Source: Roseibium sp.
Lineage (GTDB): Bacteria > Pseudomonadota > Alphaproteobacteria > Rhizobiales > Stappiaceae
Direction: 5' to 3'
DNA length: 64,000 bases
Assembly: GCA_965230705.1 (NCBI GenBank)
Contig: CBDDLN010000002.1
Span: 2,052,339-2,116,338 of the forward strand
Shown: one piece after another, positions 38,290 to 47,985 of the stretch
How the letters are laid out: each line of letters starts with the position of its first letter
How positions within the stretch are numbered: position 1 is the first letter of the stretch
Program-made: the position numbers and the translations under genes
Notes under the pieces: model-generated
Database searches by the model: none
Told to the model about the DNA's origin: nothing
What the model saw: the letters and a program-made list of their open reading frames with translations, nothing else

Positions 38290-39074
38290 CTAACCTGCTG
38301 AACGACGAACCAATACTCCAGGTTCATGGTGTGACCCGCTACTACGGCGATCGTGTCGGCTGTCTTGATGTTGACTTCCAGCTGTGGCCGGGAGAAGTGC
38401 TGGCGATCGTCGGCGAAAGTGGCTCCGGCAAGACTACCTTGCTCAACTGCCTATCGACCCGTTTGCCACCAACGGCTGGGGCCATCGAATACCGTATGCG
38501 TGATGGCAGCATGCGCAACCTTTACCAGTTGAGCGAAGCCGAACGCCGCCTCTTGATGCGAACCGACTGGGGCTTTGTTCACCAGAACGCAGCGGACGGG
38601 CTTCGGATGACCGTTTCCGCAGGAGCCAACGTGGGCGAGCGGCTGATGGCGGTCGGCGAACGGCACTACGGCGGAATTCGTTCCACTGCCACGGACTGGC
38701 TAGGCCGGGTCGAAATCGAAGCCGACCGGATTGATGACGACCCACGGGCGTTTTCCGGCGGCATGCGCCAGCGACTTCAGATCGCCCGGAACCTGGTTAC
38801 CCATCCCCGTCTCGTTTTCATGGACGAACCAACTGGTGGCCTGGATGTTTCCGTTCAGGCGCGTTTGCTAGATCTGCTGCGCCGGCTGGTTGCGGACCTC
38901 GGTCTGTCCGTGATCATCGTCACGCACGACTTGGCGGTCGCCCGCCTGCTTTCTCACCGGATCATGGTGATGCGCCATGGCGCGGTGATCGAAACAGGCC
39001 TGACCGACCAGGTACTCGATGATCCGCGCGAGCCCTACACCCAGTTGCTTGTCTCTTCCATTCTCCAGGTCTGA
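38286..39074 (+). CDS. phnK: C-P lyase ABC-ATPase PhnK
   Basis: GESGSGKT, RTDWGFVHQN, FSGGMRQRLQIA. Confidence 0.97.
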   Translation: MTNLLNDEPILQVHGVTRYYGDRVGCLDVDFQLWPGEVLAIVGESGSGKTTLLNCLSTRLPPTAGAIEYRMRDGSMRNLYQLSEAERRLLMRTDWGFVHQNAADGLRMTVSAGANVGERLMAVGERHYGGIRSTATDWLGRVEIEADRIDDDPRAFSGGMRQRLQIARNLVTHPRLVFMDEPTGGLDVSVQARLLDLLRRLVADLGLSVIIVTHDLAVARLLSHRIMVMRHGAVIETGLTDQVLDDPREPYTQLLVSSILQV

Positions 39075-39083
39075 GGGTCAGTC

Positions 39084-39785
39084 ATGCCAGTACGCCTTTA
39101 TCTCAGCAACGTCGGCAAGTCGTTCACCATGCACCTGCAGGGCGGGACCACCATACCGGTTGTTGCCAATGTCGATTTCTCGGTCGAGGCCGGCGAATGT
39201 GTCGTCCTTGGTGGCCCTTCCGGGGCCGGCAAAAGCTCCATCTTGAAGATGATCTACGGCAATTATCGCTGCGACCAGGGACAGATCCTGGTCACCGTTG
39301 GTGACGAGATTATCAATGTGTCCAATGCCGAACCACGCAGGGTACTGCAGCTGCGCAAGGACGTGATCGGCTACGTCAGCCAGTTTCTTCGCGTGATCCC
39401 GCGCGTTTCTGCTGCGGAAGTGGTTGCTGAGCCCTTGATCACCCAGGGCAGTGATGAGGCCGAGGCCCTGGAAAGGGCTCGTGCCCTGCTCAGCCGGTTG
39501 AATGTTCCCGAGCGGCTTTGGGATCTGCCGCCTGCCACCTTCTCCGGTGGTGAGCAGCAGCGCGTCAATATTGCCCGGGGCTTCATCGCCCATTACCCGC
39601 TTTTGCTTCTCGATGAGCCTACGGCTTCGCTGGACGCAGCCAACCGGGCAGTTGTTGTCGAACTTGTTGAAGAGAAGAAGCGGGACGGCGTCGCCATGGT
39701 CGGCATTCTTCACGATCAGGATGTGCGCGATAAAATCTCGGACCGGATCATCGACGTTACGGAATTCCGGGCAGAGGCGGCCTGA
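39084..39785 (+). CDS. phnL: C-P lyase ABC-ATPase PhnL
   Basis: [35 protein letters not shown]. Confidence 0.97.
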   Translation: MPVRLYLSNVGKSFTMHLQGGTTIPVVANVDFSVEAGECVVLGGPSGAGKSSILKMIYGNYRCDQGQILVTVGDEIINVSNAEPRRVLQLRKDVIGYVSQFLRVIPRVSAAEVVAEPLITQGSDEAEALERARALLSRLNVPERLWDLPPATFSGGEQQRVNIARGFIAHYPLLLLDEPTASLDAANRAVVVELVEEKKRDGVAMVGILHDQDVRDKISDRIIDVTEFRAEAA

Positions 39786-39896
39786 AAACTTAACTTGGAC
39801 TGGAAAGCGTCACGGGATCGACATGAAGCCTGAATAAGTGAAAACTGCACGGGCCTTTCCTGGAACGCTTTTCCAAATTCGAAACCAAAGACCTAC

Positions 39897-40631
39897 ATGC
39901 GGTACGCAATCTATTTCGCGGCTCCGGCCGATGATCCCTTGATGAAGCTTGGCACCAGCTGGCTGGGCCGGGATCCGTTTTCCTCTAACGCCATCGCACA
40001 GCCGGACGTCCCGGGGATGGACGGCAGCCGTTTCGCCGAGCTGACGGCCGATCCGCGCAAATATGGATTCCACGGCACCTTAAAGGCTCCCTTCACCTTG
40101 AAAACCGGGAGCCAAGAAGGTGAGCTTCTGGAGAGCTGCGAGGTGTTTGCCTCAACCGTTGCGCCATTTTCCATCAATGGCCTGTCGGTCAACCGGCTCG
40201 GAAAGTTCCTGGCGCTGACGCCGGATACTGAAGAACCGGAACTGGCTGCCTTTGCCGGACTATGCGTCCGTCATTTTGAACCCATGCGCGCGCCGCTGTC
40301 CGAAGCCGATCTAAAACGCCGCCGGCAGGCAAATCTGACTCCGAAGCAAGACACTTATGTCGAAAAATGGGGCTACCCCTACATATTCGACGAGTTCCGT
40401 TTTCACATGACCTTGTCCAACAAACTGGACAACGGGGAAGAGGCTGCACAGCTGGAAGCAGCCGCGAAACACTATTTCGCATCGGTCACTGGCACTCAGC
40501 GGCGCTGCACTACATTCGGTCTCTACACGGAGGCCGAACGCGGCGCGCCGTTCAAGGCCCACACCATTTTCAATCTCACAGGCGGCGCGCTGCCAAGCTC
40601 CGCTGCGGCGCGTTTTGAGGAGGCACCATGA
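39897..40631 (+). CDS. DUF1045 protein (2H phosphoesterase fold)
   Basis: MRYAIYF, YGFHGTLKAPF, WGYPY, FRFHMTLS. Confidence 0.9.
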   Translation: MRYAIYFAAPADDPLMKLGTSWLGRDPFSSNAIAQPDVPGMDGSRFAELTADPRKYGFHGTLKAPFTLKTGSQEGELLESCEVFASTVAPFSINGLSVNRLGKFLALTPDTEEPELAAFAGLCVRHFEPMRAPLSEADLKRRRQANLTPKQDTYVEKWGYPYIFDEFRFHMTLSNKLDNGEEAAQLEAAAKHYFASVTGTQRRCTTFGLYTEAERGAPFKAHTIFNLTGGALPSSAAARFEEAP

Positions 40632-41782
40632 GCTCTTTTCCGAAATCCTTTGTGAATGCCCGTATGGTGCTACCCGACGAGGTAATTGATGGCAGCCTTG
40701 CCTGCGAAGACGGAAAGATTGCGGATATTGGCAGTGCCAGCTCCGTGGCCGGGCATGACTGCGAAGGTGATTTCCTGATCCCGGGCCTGATTGAGCTCCA
40801 CACCGATCATCTGGAGACCCACTATTCACCGCGCCCGAAGGTTCGCTGGAATCCAGTTGCAGCTGTTCAGGCACACGATGCCCAAATCGCCTGCGCCGGG
40901 ATCACAACGGTGTTTGACGCCCTGCGCGTTGGCATGGATGAAGATGACGAATCCAGCGACACCCTGAAGGTCGCCGATATGCGGGCGCTCGCGGATGCAA
41001 TCGAGACCGCCCAAGACGAAAACCGGCTCCGGGCGGATCACTACATCCACCTGCGCTGTGAGGTCTCCGCGCCAGATGTCATCAGGGCCTTTGAGTACTT
41101 CGACGGTGACGAGCGCGTCCGCCTCATCTCGCTGATGGACCACACGCCGGGCCAGCGCCAGTTCGTCTCGCTCGAATCCTACATCAGCTACTACCAAGGA
41201 AAACGCGGCTTTACCGACGAGCAAATGGCCGAATTCATAAAGCAGCGCAGAGCACGTGCCGACAAGAACACACCCGGAAACCGCAAGTCGATCGCAGCAC
41301 ATGCGCAGGAAAACAGTATTGCGATTGCCAGCCATGACGATGCCACGATCGAACACGTCGATGAGGCGGTTTCGCTGAACACCAAGATCGCTGAATTTCC
41401 TACAACTGTGGAAGCTGCAAAGGCCTCCCATGAGGCTGGAATGGCTGTTCTGATGGGCGCGCCGAATGTCGTCCGTGGCGGATCCCATTCCGGAAACGTT
41501 TCGGCCCGCGAACTGGCAGAAGCCGGATATCTGGATGTCCTGTCATCTGACTACATCCCAGCCTCCCTGCTGCAGGCGGCATTTCAGCTCGCCGATGAGA
41601 TCGACGGCATTACCCTGCCCAAGGCTATTGCCACCGTTACGTCGACCCCAGCCAAAGCCATTGGCTTGGATGACCGTGGCACTCTGGAAGCTGGAAGACG
41701 GGCTGATCTCATCCAGGTCAAGCTGGTCGGCAACATCCCGATCGTGCGCGGTGTCTGGCGCGAAGGTCAGCGGGTGGCTTAA
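40628..41782 (+). CDS. phnM: Alpha-D-ribose 1-methylphosphonate 5-triphosphate diphosphatase
   Basis: PGLIELHTDHLE, HLRCE, MDHTPGQRQ, SHDD, GGSHSGNV, SSDY. Confidence 0.96.
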   Translation: MSSFPKSFVNARMVLPDEVIDGSLACEDGKIADIGSASSVAGHDCEGDFLIPGLIELHTDHLETHYSPRPKVRWNPVAAVQAHDAQIACAGITTVFDALRVGMDEDDESSDTLKVADMRALADAIETAQDENRLRADHYIHLRCEVSAPDVIRAFEYFDGDERVRLISLMDHTPGQRQFVSLESYISYYQGKRGFTDEQMAEFIKQRRARADKNTPGNRKSIAAHAQENSIAIASHDDATIEHVDEAVSLNTKIAEFPTTVEAAKASHEAGMAVLMGAPNVVRGGSHSGNVSARELAEAGYLDVLSSDYIPASLLQAAFQLADEIDGITLPKAIATVTSTPAKAIGLDDRGTLEAGRRADLIQVKLVGNIPIVRGVWREGQRVA

Positions 41783-41787
41783 CGGCA

Positions 41788-42390
41788 ATGACGGAATCAG
41801 GCCACTTCGGAAACGCCATTTCCAAGCTTGGACCAGGCCGGCTGGTCCTCGTCGTGGGGCCGAGTGGCGCAGGCAAAGACACGCTGATGAACAGCCTGCG
41901 CGAGCGTCTGGCAGGCGACGCCAATTTCCGTTTCGCCCGGCGCCGGATTACACGTCCGGCAGACGGGGCTACGGAAACCCATAATCCGATAACCGAAGCG
42001 GACTACGAGAAAGCGGTCCTCTCGGGTGATTGCGCCCTGTCATGGCGGGCACATGGGCTTGGCTACATTCTTCCAAAATCCGTTGACGGCTTTATCGCCT
42101 CAGGCGGAACGGTGATTGCAAACGGTTCCCGGCGGGCACTGGCCGATGCCTTTGAAAAATACGCCAATCCCGTGGTGTTGCTGATCACAGCACCAAAAGC
42201 CGTTCTGGCCGAACGCCTTGCCGCGCGCGGCCGGGAGACGCGTCAATCGATCGACCAAAGGCTGGAGCGCGCGGACATTGACATGCCCGGCGTACCGAAC
42301 CTTGTGCGCATTGAAAACACGGGAACTGTCGAAAGTGCGGTCAACTCAATGGTCACGGCCCTCACCTCCACCGACGAAACTGCAAAATAG
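41788..42390 (+). CDS. phnN: Ribose 1,5-bisphosphate phosphokinase
   Basis: VVGPSGAGKDTL, RRITR, WRAHGLGY, NGSR. Confidence 0.95.
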   Translation: MTESGHFGNAISKLGPGRLVLVVGPSGAGKDTLMNSLRERLAGDANFRFARRRITRPADGATETHNPITEADYEKAVLSGDCALSWRAHGLGYILPKSVDGFIASGGTVIANGSRRALADAFEKYANPVVLLITAPKAVLAERLAARGRETRQSIDQRLERADIDMPGVPNLVRIENTGTVESAVNSMVTALTSTDETAK

Positions 42391-42509
42391 AAGCGGCAAC
42401 GTCCGCGCCGCCCTCGGCAAAAGTGCTTATTATTGTACAGCCCTGATGCTAGGTCTGAACTTGTGCTAGGCATTGTTCTTTAAACAAGAATCACAGGACC
42501 AGCCAAAAA

Positions 42510-43787
42510 ATGAACGATAAAAATTCCTCCCGCATCGAAGGCTTTCACAAACTGGCTCCGGATGCGCGCAGAGAGATAATCGTTCAGCAAGCAGGTCTCG
42601 GAAATGAAGCTGCAGCGGCCCTTGCAGATGCGGCCGAAGGACAAATCGAGCTTTCAGACCGGCTGATCGAAAACGCCATCGGCAGCATGTCCATCCCCCT
42701 CGGGATCGCCACGAACATGATTGTCGATGGGAAAGACGTTCTGGTGCCCATGGCGACAGAAGAATCCTCGGTCGTGGCAGCGGTCTGCAATTCGGCCAAG
42801 CGCTGCCGTCCGGCCGGTGGTTTCAAGACGTCCACAAGCGGTCCTGTCATGGCCGCTCAAATCCAGCTTCTGGGCGCTAACGACCCTTCAAATGTCCGAT
42901 TGAAGGTTCTGGAACGGCAAGAAGAGATCCGGGCCATTTGCGATGAAACCGATCCGCTTCTGGTCAAGCTGGGCGGCGGCTTCCAGGACCTTGATGTGCG
43001 CATCATTGACAGCGCGGAAGGTCCAATGACGGTGGTACACATCGTTGTCGATACCCGCGATGCAATGGGCGCAAATGCCGTCAACTCCATGGCCGAGAGA
43101 CTGGCACCGCATCTGGAAGAATGGACCGGTGCCCGCAGCCTATTACGGATTCTCACCAACCTGGCCGACCGCCGGCTTGCCCGAGCGCGTGCGGTCTGGC
43201 CGTTGGAAGAGATTGGTGGCCCAAGCGTTCGCGACGATATGCTGTCCGCCTATCACTTCGCCGATGCCGATCCTTACCGGGCGGCGACCCACAACAAAGG
43301 CATCATGAATGGTATCAGCGCCGTTGTTCTGGCGACCGGCAACGATACGCGAGCGATTGAAGCTGGCGCTCATGCCTATGCTTCGCAAAGCGGCCGTTAC
43401 CGCTCCATGAGCCATTGGGAAAAGGACGCCGATGGCAACCTGGTCGGCAGCATGGAACTTCCAATGGCGGTCGGCTTGATTGGCGGCGCCACCAAAATCC
43501 ACCCAACCGCTCAGGCCAACCTAAAGGTTCTGGGTGTCGAAACTGCAGACGAATTGGCCCGGATTATTGTTTCTGTCGGGCTGGCACAGAACTTTGGCGC
43601 CTTGCGGGCTCTTGCCACCACGGGCATCCAAAAAGGTCACATGGCGCTGCACGCCCAGAACGTCGCGCTTCTTGTCGGCGCCGTGGGGGATGAGATCGAC
43701 CAGGTGGCAGAAGAGCTCAAGCGCCGCGGCACAGTCCGTCAGGACATTGCCGAGGAGGTTCTGGCGCGGCTGCGGAACCCGGCCTGA
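42510..43787 (+). CDS. mvaA: Class II HMG-CoA reductase (MvaA-like)
   Basis: ENAIG, MATEESSVVAA, DAMGAN, ATHNKGIMNG, GIQKGHMALH. Confidence 0.93.
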   Translation: MNDKNSSRIEGFHKLAPDARREIIVQQAGLGNEAAAALADAAEGQIELSDRLIENAIGSMSIPLGIATNMIVDGKDVLVPMATEESSVVAAVCNSAKRCRPAGGFKTSTSGPVMAAQIQLLGANDPSNVRLKVLERQEEIRAICDETDPLLVKLGGGFQDLDVRIIDSAEGPMTVVHIVVDTRDAMGANAVNSMAERLAPHLEEWTGARSLLRILTNLADRRLARARAVWPLEEIGGPSVRDDMLSAYHFADADPYRAATHNKGIMNGISAVVLATGNDTRAIEAGAHAYASQSGRYRSMSHWEKDADGNLVGSMELPMAVGLIGGATKIHPTAQANLKVLGVETADELARIIVSVGLAQNFGALRALATTGIQKGHMALHAQNVALLVGAVGDEIDQVAEELKRRGTVRQDIAEEVLARLRNPA

Positions 43788-43805
43788 GGAACAATCTGTC
43801 CCAGC

Positions 43806-46718
43806 CTACTCTTTCTTTTTCTTCTTTCCGAAAGATCCCAGGAGGCCGGACGGCAAGCCGAAGCCTTCTTCGACTGCCTTTAGCACCTCTTGGTCATCTA
43901 CATCGCCTTCAATGACCTTTTGAACATCGATCTGGGTCTTGCCACCCGTCGCTCGGCTAATGGCCTCATTCGCTATGTCGGAAACAGCCTTTTCCGGCTT
44001 CTGGTTGAGGGTTTTGATCAGATCGCCGCCCATGCTCTGGAGCTGTTTATATGCCGCTTCAGGATTTTGAAGGATGCCGGCGATGTCAGGATAAATCTGC
44101 GGATTGTCCCAAGGCCCCTTGGCAATGATAGGCACACCGAGCCCGGACATCTTCTTGCCCTTGCCCTTTGCCCGTGGTGCCGGCGCCTGTCCCTTGAGGG
44201 AGGCAACAATCTTCGGATTGATTTTCCAGTTCAACGTGCGCTGCGGCATGTTGGTCCGGCCGCCACCTGTCACCCGAACAAGCGGCCCGATCATCGACAG
44301 GTCCTTGGTGACGGCCACGCCCTTTTTGATCGCGAAACTGGCCGAGAGGGAACTGAAGTCGGTCTTCGCCGTCTTGTTATCCTGCCAGCCGAGCATGGTC
44401 TCGACAGAAAGGCCGCGCACCATCTTCGGGATGTTAATCCCGCGTATTGCCCCATCAATGAAATTGAACTTCGCCGTACCGTTCAGGTTCCGCACGAGCT
44501 GCAGCTGCGATGCGCCTGACGCATTGATGTTCAGGTTCATGTCTGCCGTGCCTTCTAGCCACTTCGTATTGGCTGCATCCCTTAGAACTGGGAAGGCATT
44601 GAGGTTCTTGAGTGCAAATTTCGCTTTTATGGAAGGTCTTGCAGCCGCACCATCCAGCGTGACGTTGCCCGTCGCATTGCCCTTATAGAGCCTGAGCTTT
44701 TGCAGGTTGGACTTTAGAACGCCATCCTTGATGGTCGTCTTCAGTGCACTCTTGCCAATTTTGATTTTGCCCCAATGGATCGCATTGGCTGTGACCGTGA
44801 AGTTGGCGTTGACGGCTTTAAGGCCGGAGAAGTCGATTGGCGCAGTGCTCCAGCCGTTGTTCTTGGCTCCGCCGCCGCCGGCCTTCTTCGCGGGCGCATT
44901 GTTCTTTGCCGAAGCATTCTTCTTGGCGGGCGCTGCATTCTTGCCTGCGCCCTTCTTCTGACCCGCCCAGCCCTTTTTGCCGCCGGATGCCAGATAAGGG
45001 TCCAGAACCAGTTTGCCGAGATCAAGTTTGGCGTTGATCCTGGGTTTTGCACCCAGGACGATTTTGCCGTTTGCACGGCCAGACGTCTTGTCCAGGCTGA
45101 ACCGCGTCTCGTCAAAGGCAATGGCGTTGCCATCTACCGAAAAAATTCCGGAAACCTTGAACGCCTTCAGCCCACGCCCGGCTTCAATCGGCTGTCCCAT
45201 CCAGGTCATCAGGCGGCGCAGGTTCTTGGTTTCAACCGTGACCGCACCTTCCAGATTTCCGTCAGCGCTGGCGTGGCCGTCGAACCCGGCGGTAACCCGT
45301 TTGCTTTTTACCTGGCCGGAGACTGGTGCAGCGATTCCTGCCAAAAGCGGCGCCGGTGTTGCCTTGCCGGTCACGGTGAAGCCTTCGCCGCGCCACTTCA
45401 TAGCCCCGCTCAGCGCCACCGGCGCATCAAACCCTTTGAGATCGAGCTTGAGCGATATGTCTTTCAGGGAATTGGCGGATTTGTCTCCGCCCACGGCAGA
45501 AGCGAGACCAAGACCGGAAATGGAGCCAGAGGCAAGCCGCAGCGTACCGTTTACATCCAGAGTGGCGAGCAGATTGGGCGCGTCTACACCGCTTGCCGAA
45601 AACGCAATATCAGCGCCAAGCTTGCCTTTGGCGTTGAATTTCTGCCCGGCAAGCGTCAGGAGATCCTCCAGGGAACCATCATTCAGAACCAGCCTGCCGG
45701 AGACCGCCGGGCTTGCACCGGCAAGGTCTGCATCCAAAGACCCATCAAGATCAAAACTGCCAACCTTGGCGATCATATCGGAGATCGCAACAGACGCCTC
45801 GTCCCCGGCCAATCGGGCAGTCAGCGAAAAGGCACCGGGATCTTTGGGCAGCGGGTCACCGGCAATCTCCGCCAGTGCACCTACAGAGGGACCGGAAGCC
45901 GACACGCCAAGGTCCATACGCACTGGTGTTATTCCGGCCTTGCCGTCTACGGCGAACTCGTTTTCGCCGGTCGAAATGTTGAGCGAAAGAGGTGTCTCGT
46001 TACCTTTGGCAAATGACAGAGGATCAGTCAGCGAGGCAGCCAAAACAATCGGCTTGCCCTGCCAGTTGAAATCACCTTCAAGATTGACATCACCTGCCAG
46101 GTCGGGCGCTGTCACCGTCAGGTTAAGGGCATCAAGTTCGTATTTGTCGCCATTTCTGAGGTTCGAATAAGTCAGTGTGCCGCCGGAAATGGAAAACCGG
46201 TCAACGCCAATCCGCTTCAAGGGATCCAGTGGGTCGGCCTCTGCCTCACTGGTGTTCGCAGGCTTATTGTTGGCAGAAGGAGCCGGTTTATTTCCTTGAC
46301 CCGATCCGGCCGGTTTCCGCTTTTTAACCGCGCGCCGCGGTTCCCAACTGGTCAATCCGTCCGGGCCAACTTCAAGCAGGATGTCCGGCTTTTCCAAATG
46401 GATCCGGGTAACCTGAATCGCGCCGCCAAACAGCCCCTCCCAGGCAAGACCGAAATCAATGGCACCGGCCTTGGCAAATTCAATGCCGTCGGCGCCGGCT
46501 TCGCCAGCCATGCCAACATCTTCAGCTTTGAGGGAAAATCCCGGTAAAAGCGACAGGCTGACCGGCCCATCCAGCCGCAAACGCCAGCCCAGTTGCTGGT
46601 CGACAATGGCAACAACTTTGTCCTTGATGACATCCTTCGGCAGGAACAAGGGCACGACAAATGCGGCCGTTGCCAGCAGAAAAAAGAAGGCGCCGATACC
46701 GATTAATAGCCGTCGCAT
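43806..46718 (-). CDS. Large AsmA-family protein
   Basis: N-terminal TM, AsmA_N (LRLDGPVSLSLLP), C-terminal GAIRGINIP...TDFSSLSASF; start could be 46718-46733. Confidence 0.88.
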   Translation of the reverse strand: MRRLLIGIGAFFFLLATAAFVVPLFLPKDVIKDKVVAIVDQQLGWRLRLDGPVSLSLLPGFSLKAEDVGMAGEAGADGIEFAKAGAIDFGLAWEGLFGGAIQVTRIHLEKPDILLEVGPDGLTSWEPRRAVKKRKPAGSGQGNKPAPSANNKPANTSEAEADPLDPLKRIGVDRFSISGGTLTYSNLRNGDKYELDALNLTVTAPDLAGDVNLEGDFNWQGKPIVLAASLTDPLSFAKGNETPLSLNISTGENEFAVDGKAGITPVRMDLGVSASGPSVGALAEIAGDPLPKDPGAFSLTARLAGDEASVAISDMIAKVGSFDLDGSLDADLAGASPAVSGRLVLNDGSLEDLLTLAGQKFNAKGKLGADIAFSASGVDAPNLLATLDVNGTLRLASGSISGLGLASAVGGDKSANSLKDISLKLDLKGFDAPVALSGAMKWRGEGFTVTGKATPAPLLAGIAAPVSGQVKSKRVTAGFDGHASADGNLEGAVTVETKNLRRLMTWMGQPIEAGRGLKAFKVSGIFSVDGNAIAFDETRFSLDKTSGRANGKIVLGAKPRINAKLDLGKLVLDPYLASGGKKGWAGQKKGAGKNAAPAKKNASAKNNAPAKKAGGGGAKNNGWSTAPIDFSGLKAVNANFTVTANAIHWGKIKIGKSALKTTIKDGVLKSNLQKLRLYKGNATGNVTLDGAAARPSIKAKFALKNLNAFPVLRDAANTKWLEGTADMNLNINASGASQLQLVRNLNGTAKFNFIDGAIRGINIPKMVRGLSVETMLGWQDNKTAKTDFSSLSASFAIKKGVAVTKDLSMIGPLVRVTGGGRTNMPQRTLNWKINPKIVASLKGQAPAPRAKGKGKKMSGLGVPIIAKGPWDNPQIYPDIAGILQNPEAAYKQLQSMGGDLIKTLNQKPEKAVSDIANEAISRATGGKTQIDVQKVIEGDVDDQEVLKAVEEGFGLPSGLLGSFGKKKKKE

Positions 46719-46827
46719 AGTCATTCCCATCACGATTCGCGGCCAGTTTAGGTCAAGCCACTCTTCAGGTCATGACTTAATGTCCGCCTGTTTCCGGCAT
46801 AAATTGGACCAATCTGCGGCGACGCTG

Positions 46828-47985
46828 CTAAATCGCACTCATGTGATTGTCCCAGGCAGCGCCGGGCGCACGCGACAGAACGTCAGACGGCGCCGATGGA
46901 TCCTCCAGATAGCGAAGTCCGCCTGTCCCGTCGGAAATCAGGAAGCCGGTCTCGTCGAGCGGCGCAAGACCACAGCCATCGATAACCTGGTCTGCGCCCA
47001 GGAATGCGCCATCTGCGGCATTCCAGAACAGGACCTGACCTCCGCGCGGAGCCGAAGTGGCAATGACGTCGCCCGCCCGGTTCGCAGTTACAGACCCTAT
47101 ATAGTTCTGCAATCCGTCAGCCAGTCCAAACGGAATCTCTGTCAGCTTTGGCGCCGTGTCCAACGAGAGCCGGGCGACCAAAGGCGGGGTTGCGTCTTTT
47201 GGCCCTTCGAATTGCCCGCCAACCCAAACAGCGCCCTTGTTGTCGAGCGCCATATGCCTCAGGGATAGTTGATGTAAGTCGTCTGACAGCTCGTGGCGCG
47301 CGATCAACTCACCCGATTCGCGATCCAGGAAGACGACAGAAGGCTTCATCGAAGCAAGATTGAGTTTTTCCCGAGGCCTCTCGGGGTGGGTCTCAATCCC
47401 GCCGTTGGCAACAATTAGCGAAGCGCCATCCCTTGAGACCAGAATATCGTGCGGGCCGATGCCACCGGTGTCGAATTCTCCAATCCGTCTGATGTCGCGA
47501 CCACTAACGTCATAAATACCCACGACCCCGCGGGCTGCGGAGTAGTCATTTTCAACCACATAGACCAGCCGGCCATCGGGAGAGAAACAGCCGTGACCAT
47601 AAAAGTGGCGGCCTTCAATGGACGACAGGATGCGCGGCTCAACGCGCTCGAACGGATCGATCAGCAGGGCAAAAGTCCCAGGACGCCGGGCAAAGGCCAT
47701 AATCCTCCGCCGGTCCGGCGAAACGGCGATGCCATGCCCTCGATCGGGCAAGCCGACCCGCGCGAGCTCCAGTCCGGCATCATCAACGATGGCAATAGCA
47801 AAACGTCCATCTGCCTCTCTCCGGGCGGCTGCAAACAGCGGATAATCAAGCGCACTTTCTTCCAGAAGGCCCTCGGCACCCGCCAAAGCCAAAACGTTGC
47901 CCGCACAAAACGCTGCTGCCCCGCCAAGGCCCGCCAGCAGCGACCGGCGGGAAATCACCGCCCGGTCAGTCGCCATCCAGGGCAT
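46828..47985 (-). CDS. DUF1513 beta-propeller protein with Tat-like leader
   Basis: SRRSLLAG, RGHG, FARRPG, HFYGHG, GIGPHD, ANGGIETHP, SLRHM. Confidence 0.9.
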   Translation of the reverse strand: MPWMATDRAVISRRSLLAGLGGAAAFCAGNVLALAGAEGLLEESALDYPLFAAARREADGRFAIAIVDDAGLELARVGLPDRGHGIAVSPDRRRIMAFARRPGTFALLIDPFERVEPRILSSIEGRHFYGHGCFSPDGRLVYVVENDYSAARGVVGIYDVSGRDIRRIGEFDTGGIGPHDILVSRDGASLIVANGGIETHPERPREKLNLASMKPSVVFLDRESGELIARHELSDDLHQLSLRHMALDNKGAVWVGGQFEGPKDATPPLVARLSLDTAPKLTEIPFGLADGLQNYIGSVTANRAGDVIATSAPRGGQVLFWNAADGAFLGADQVIDGCGLAPLDETGFLISDGTGGLRYLEDPSAPSDVLSRAPGAAWDNHMSAI

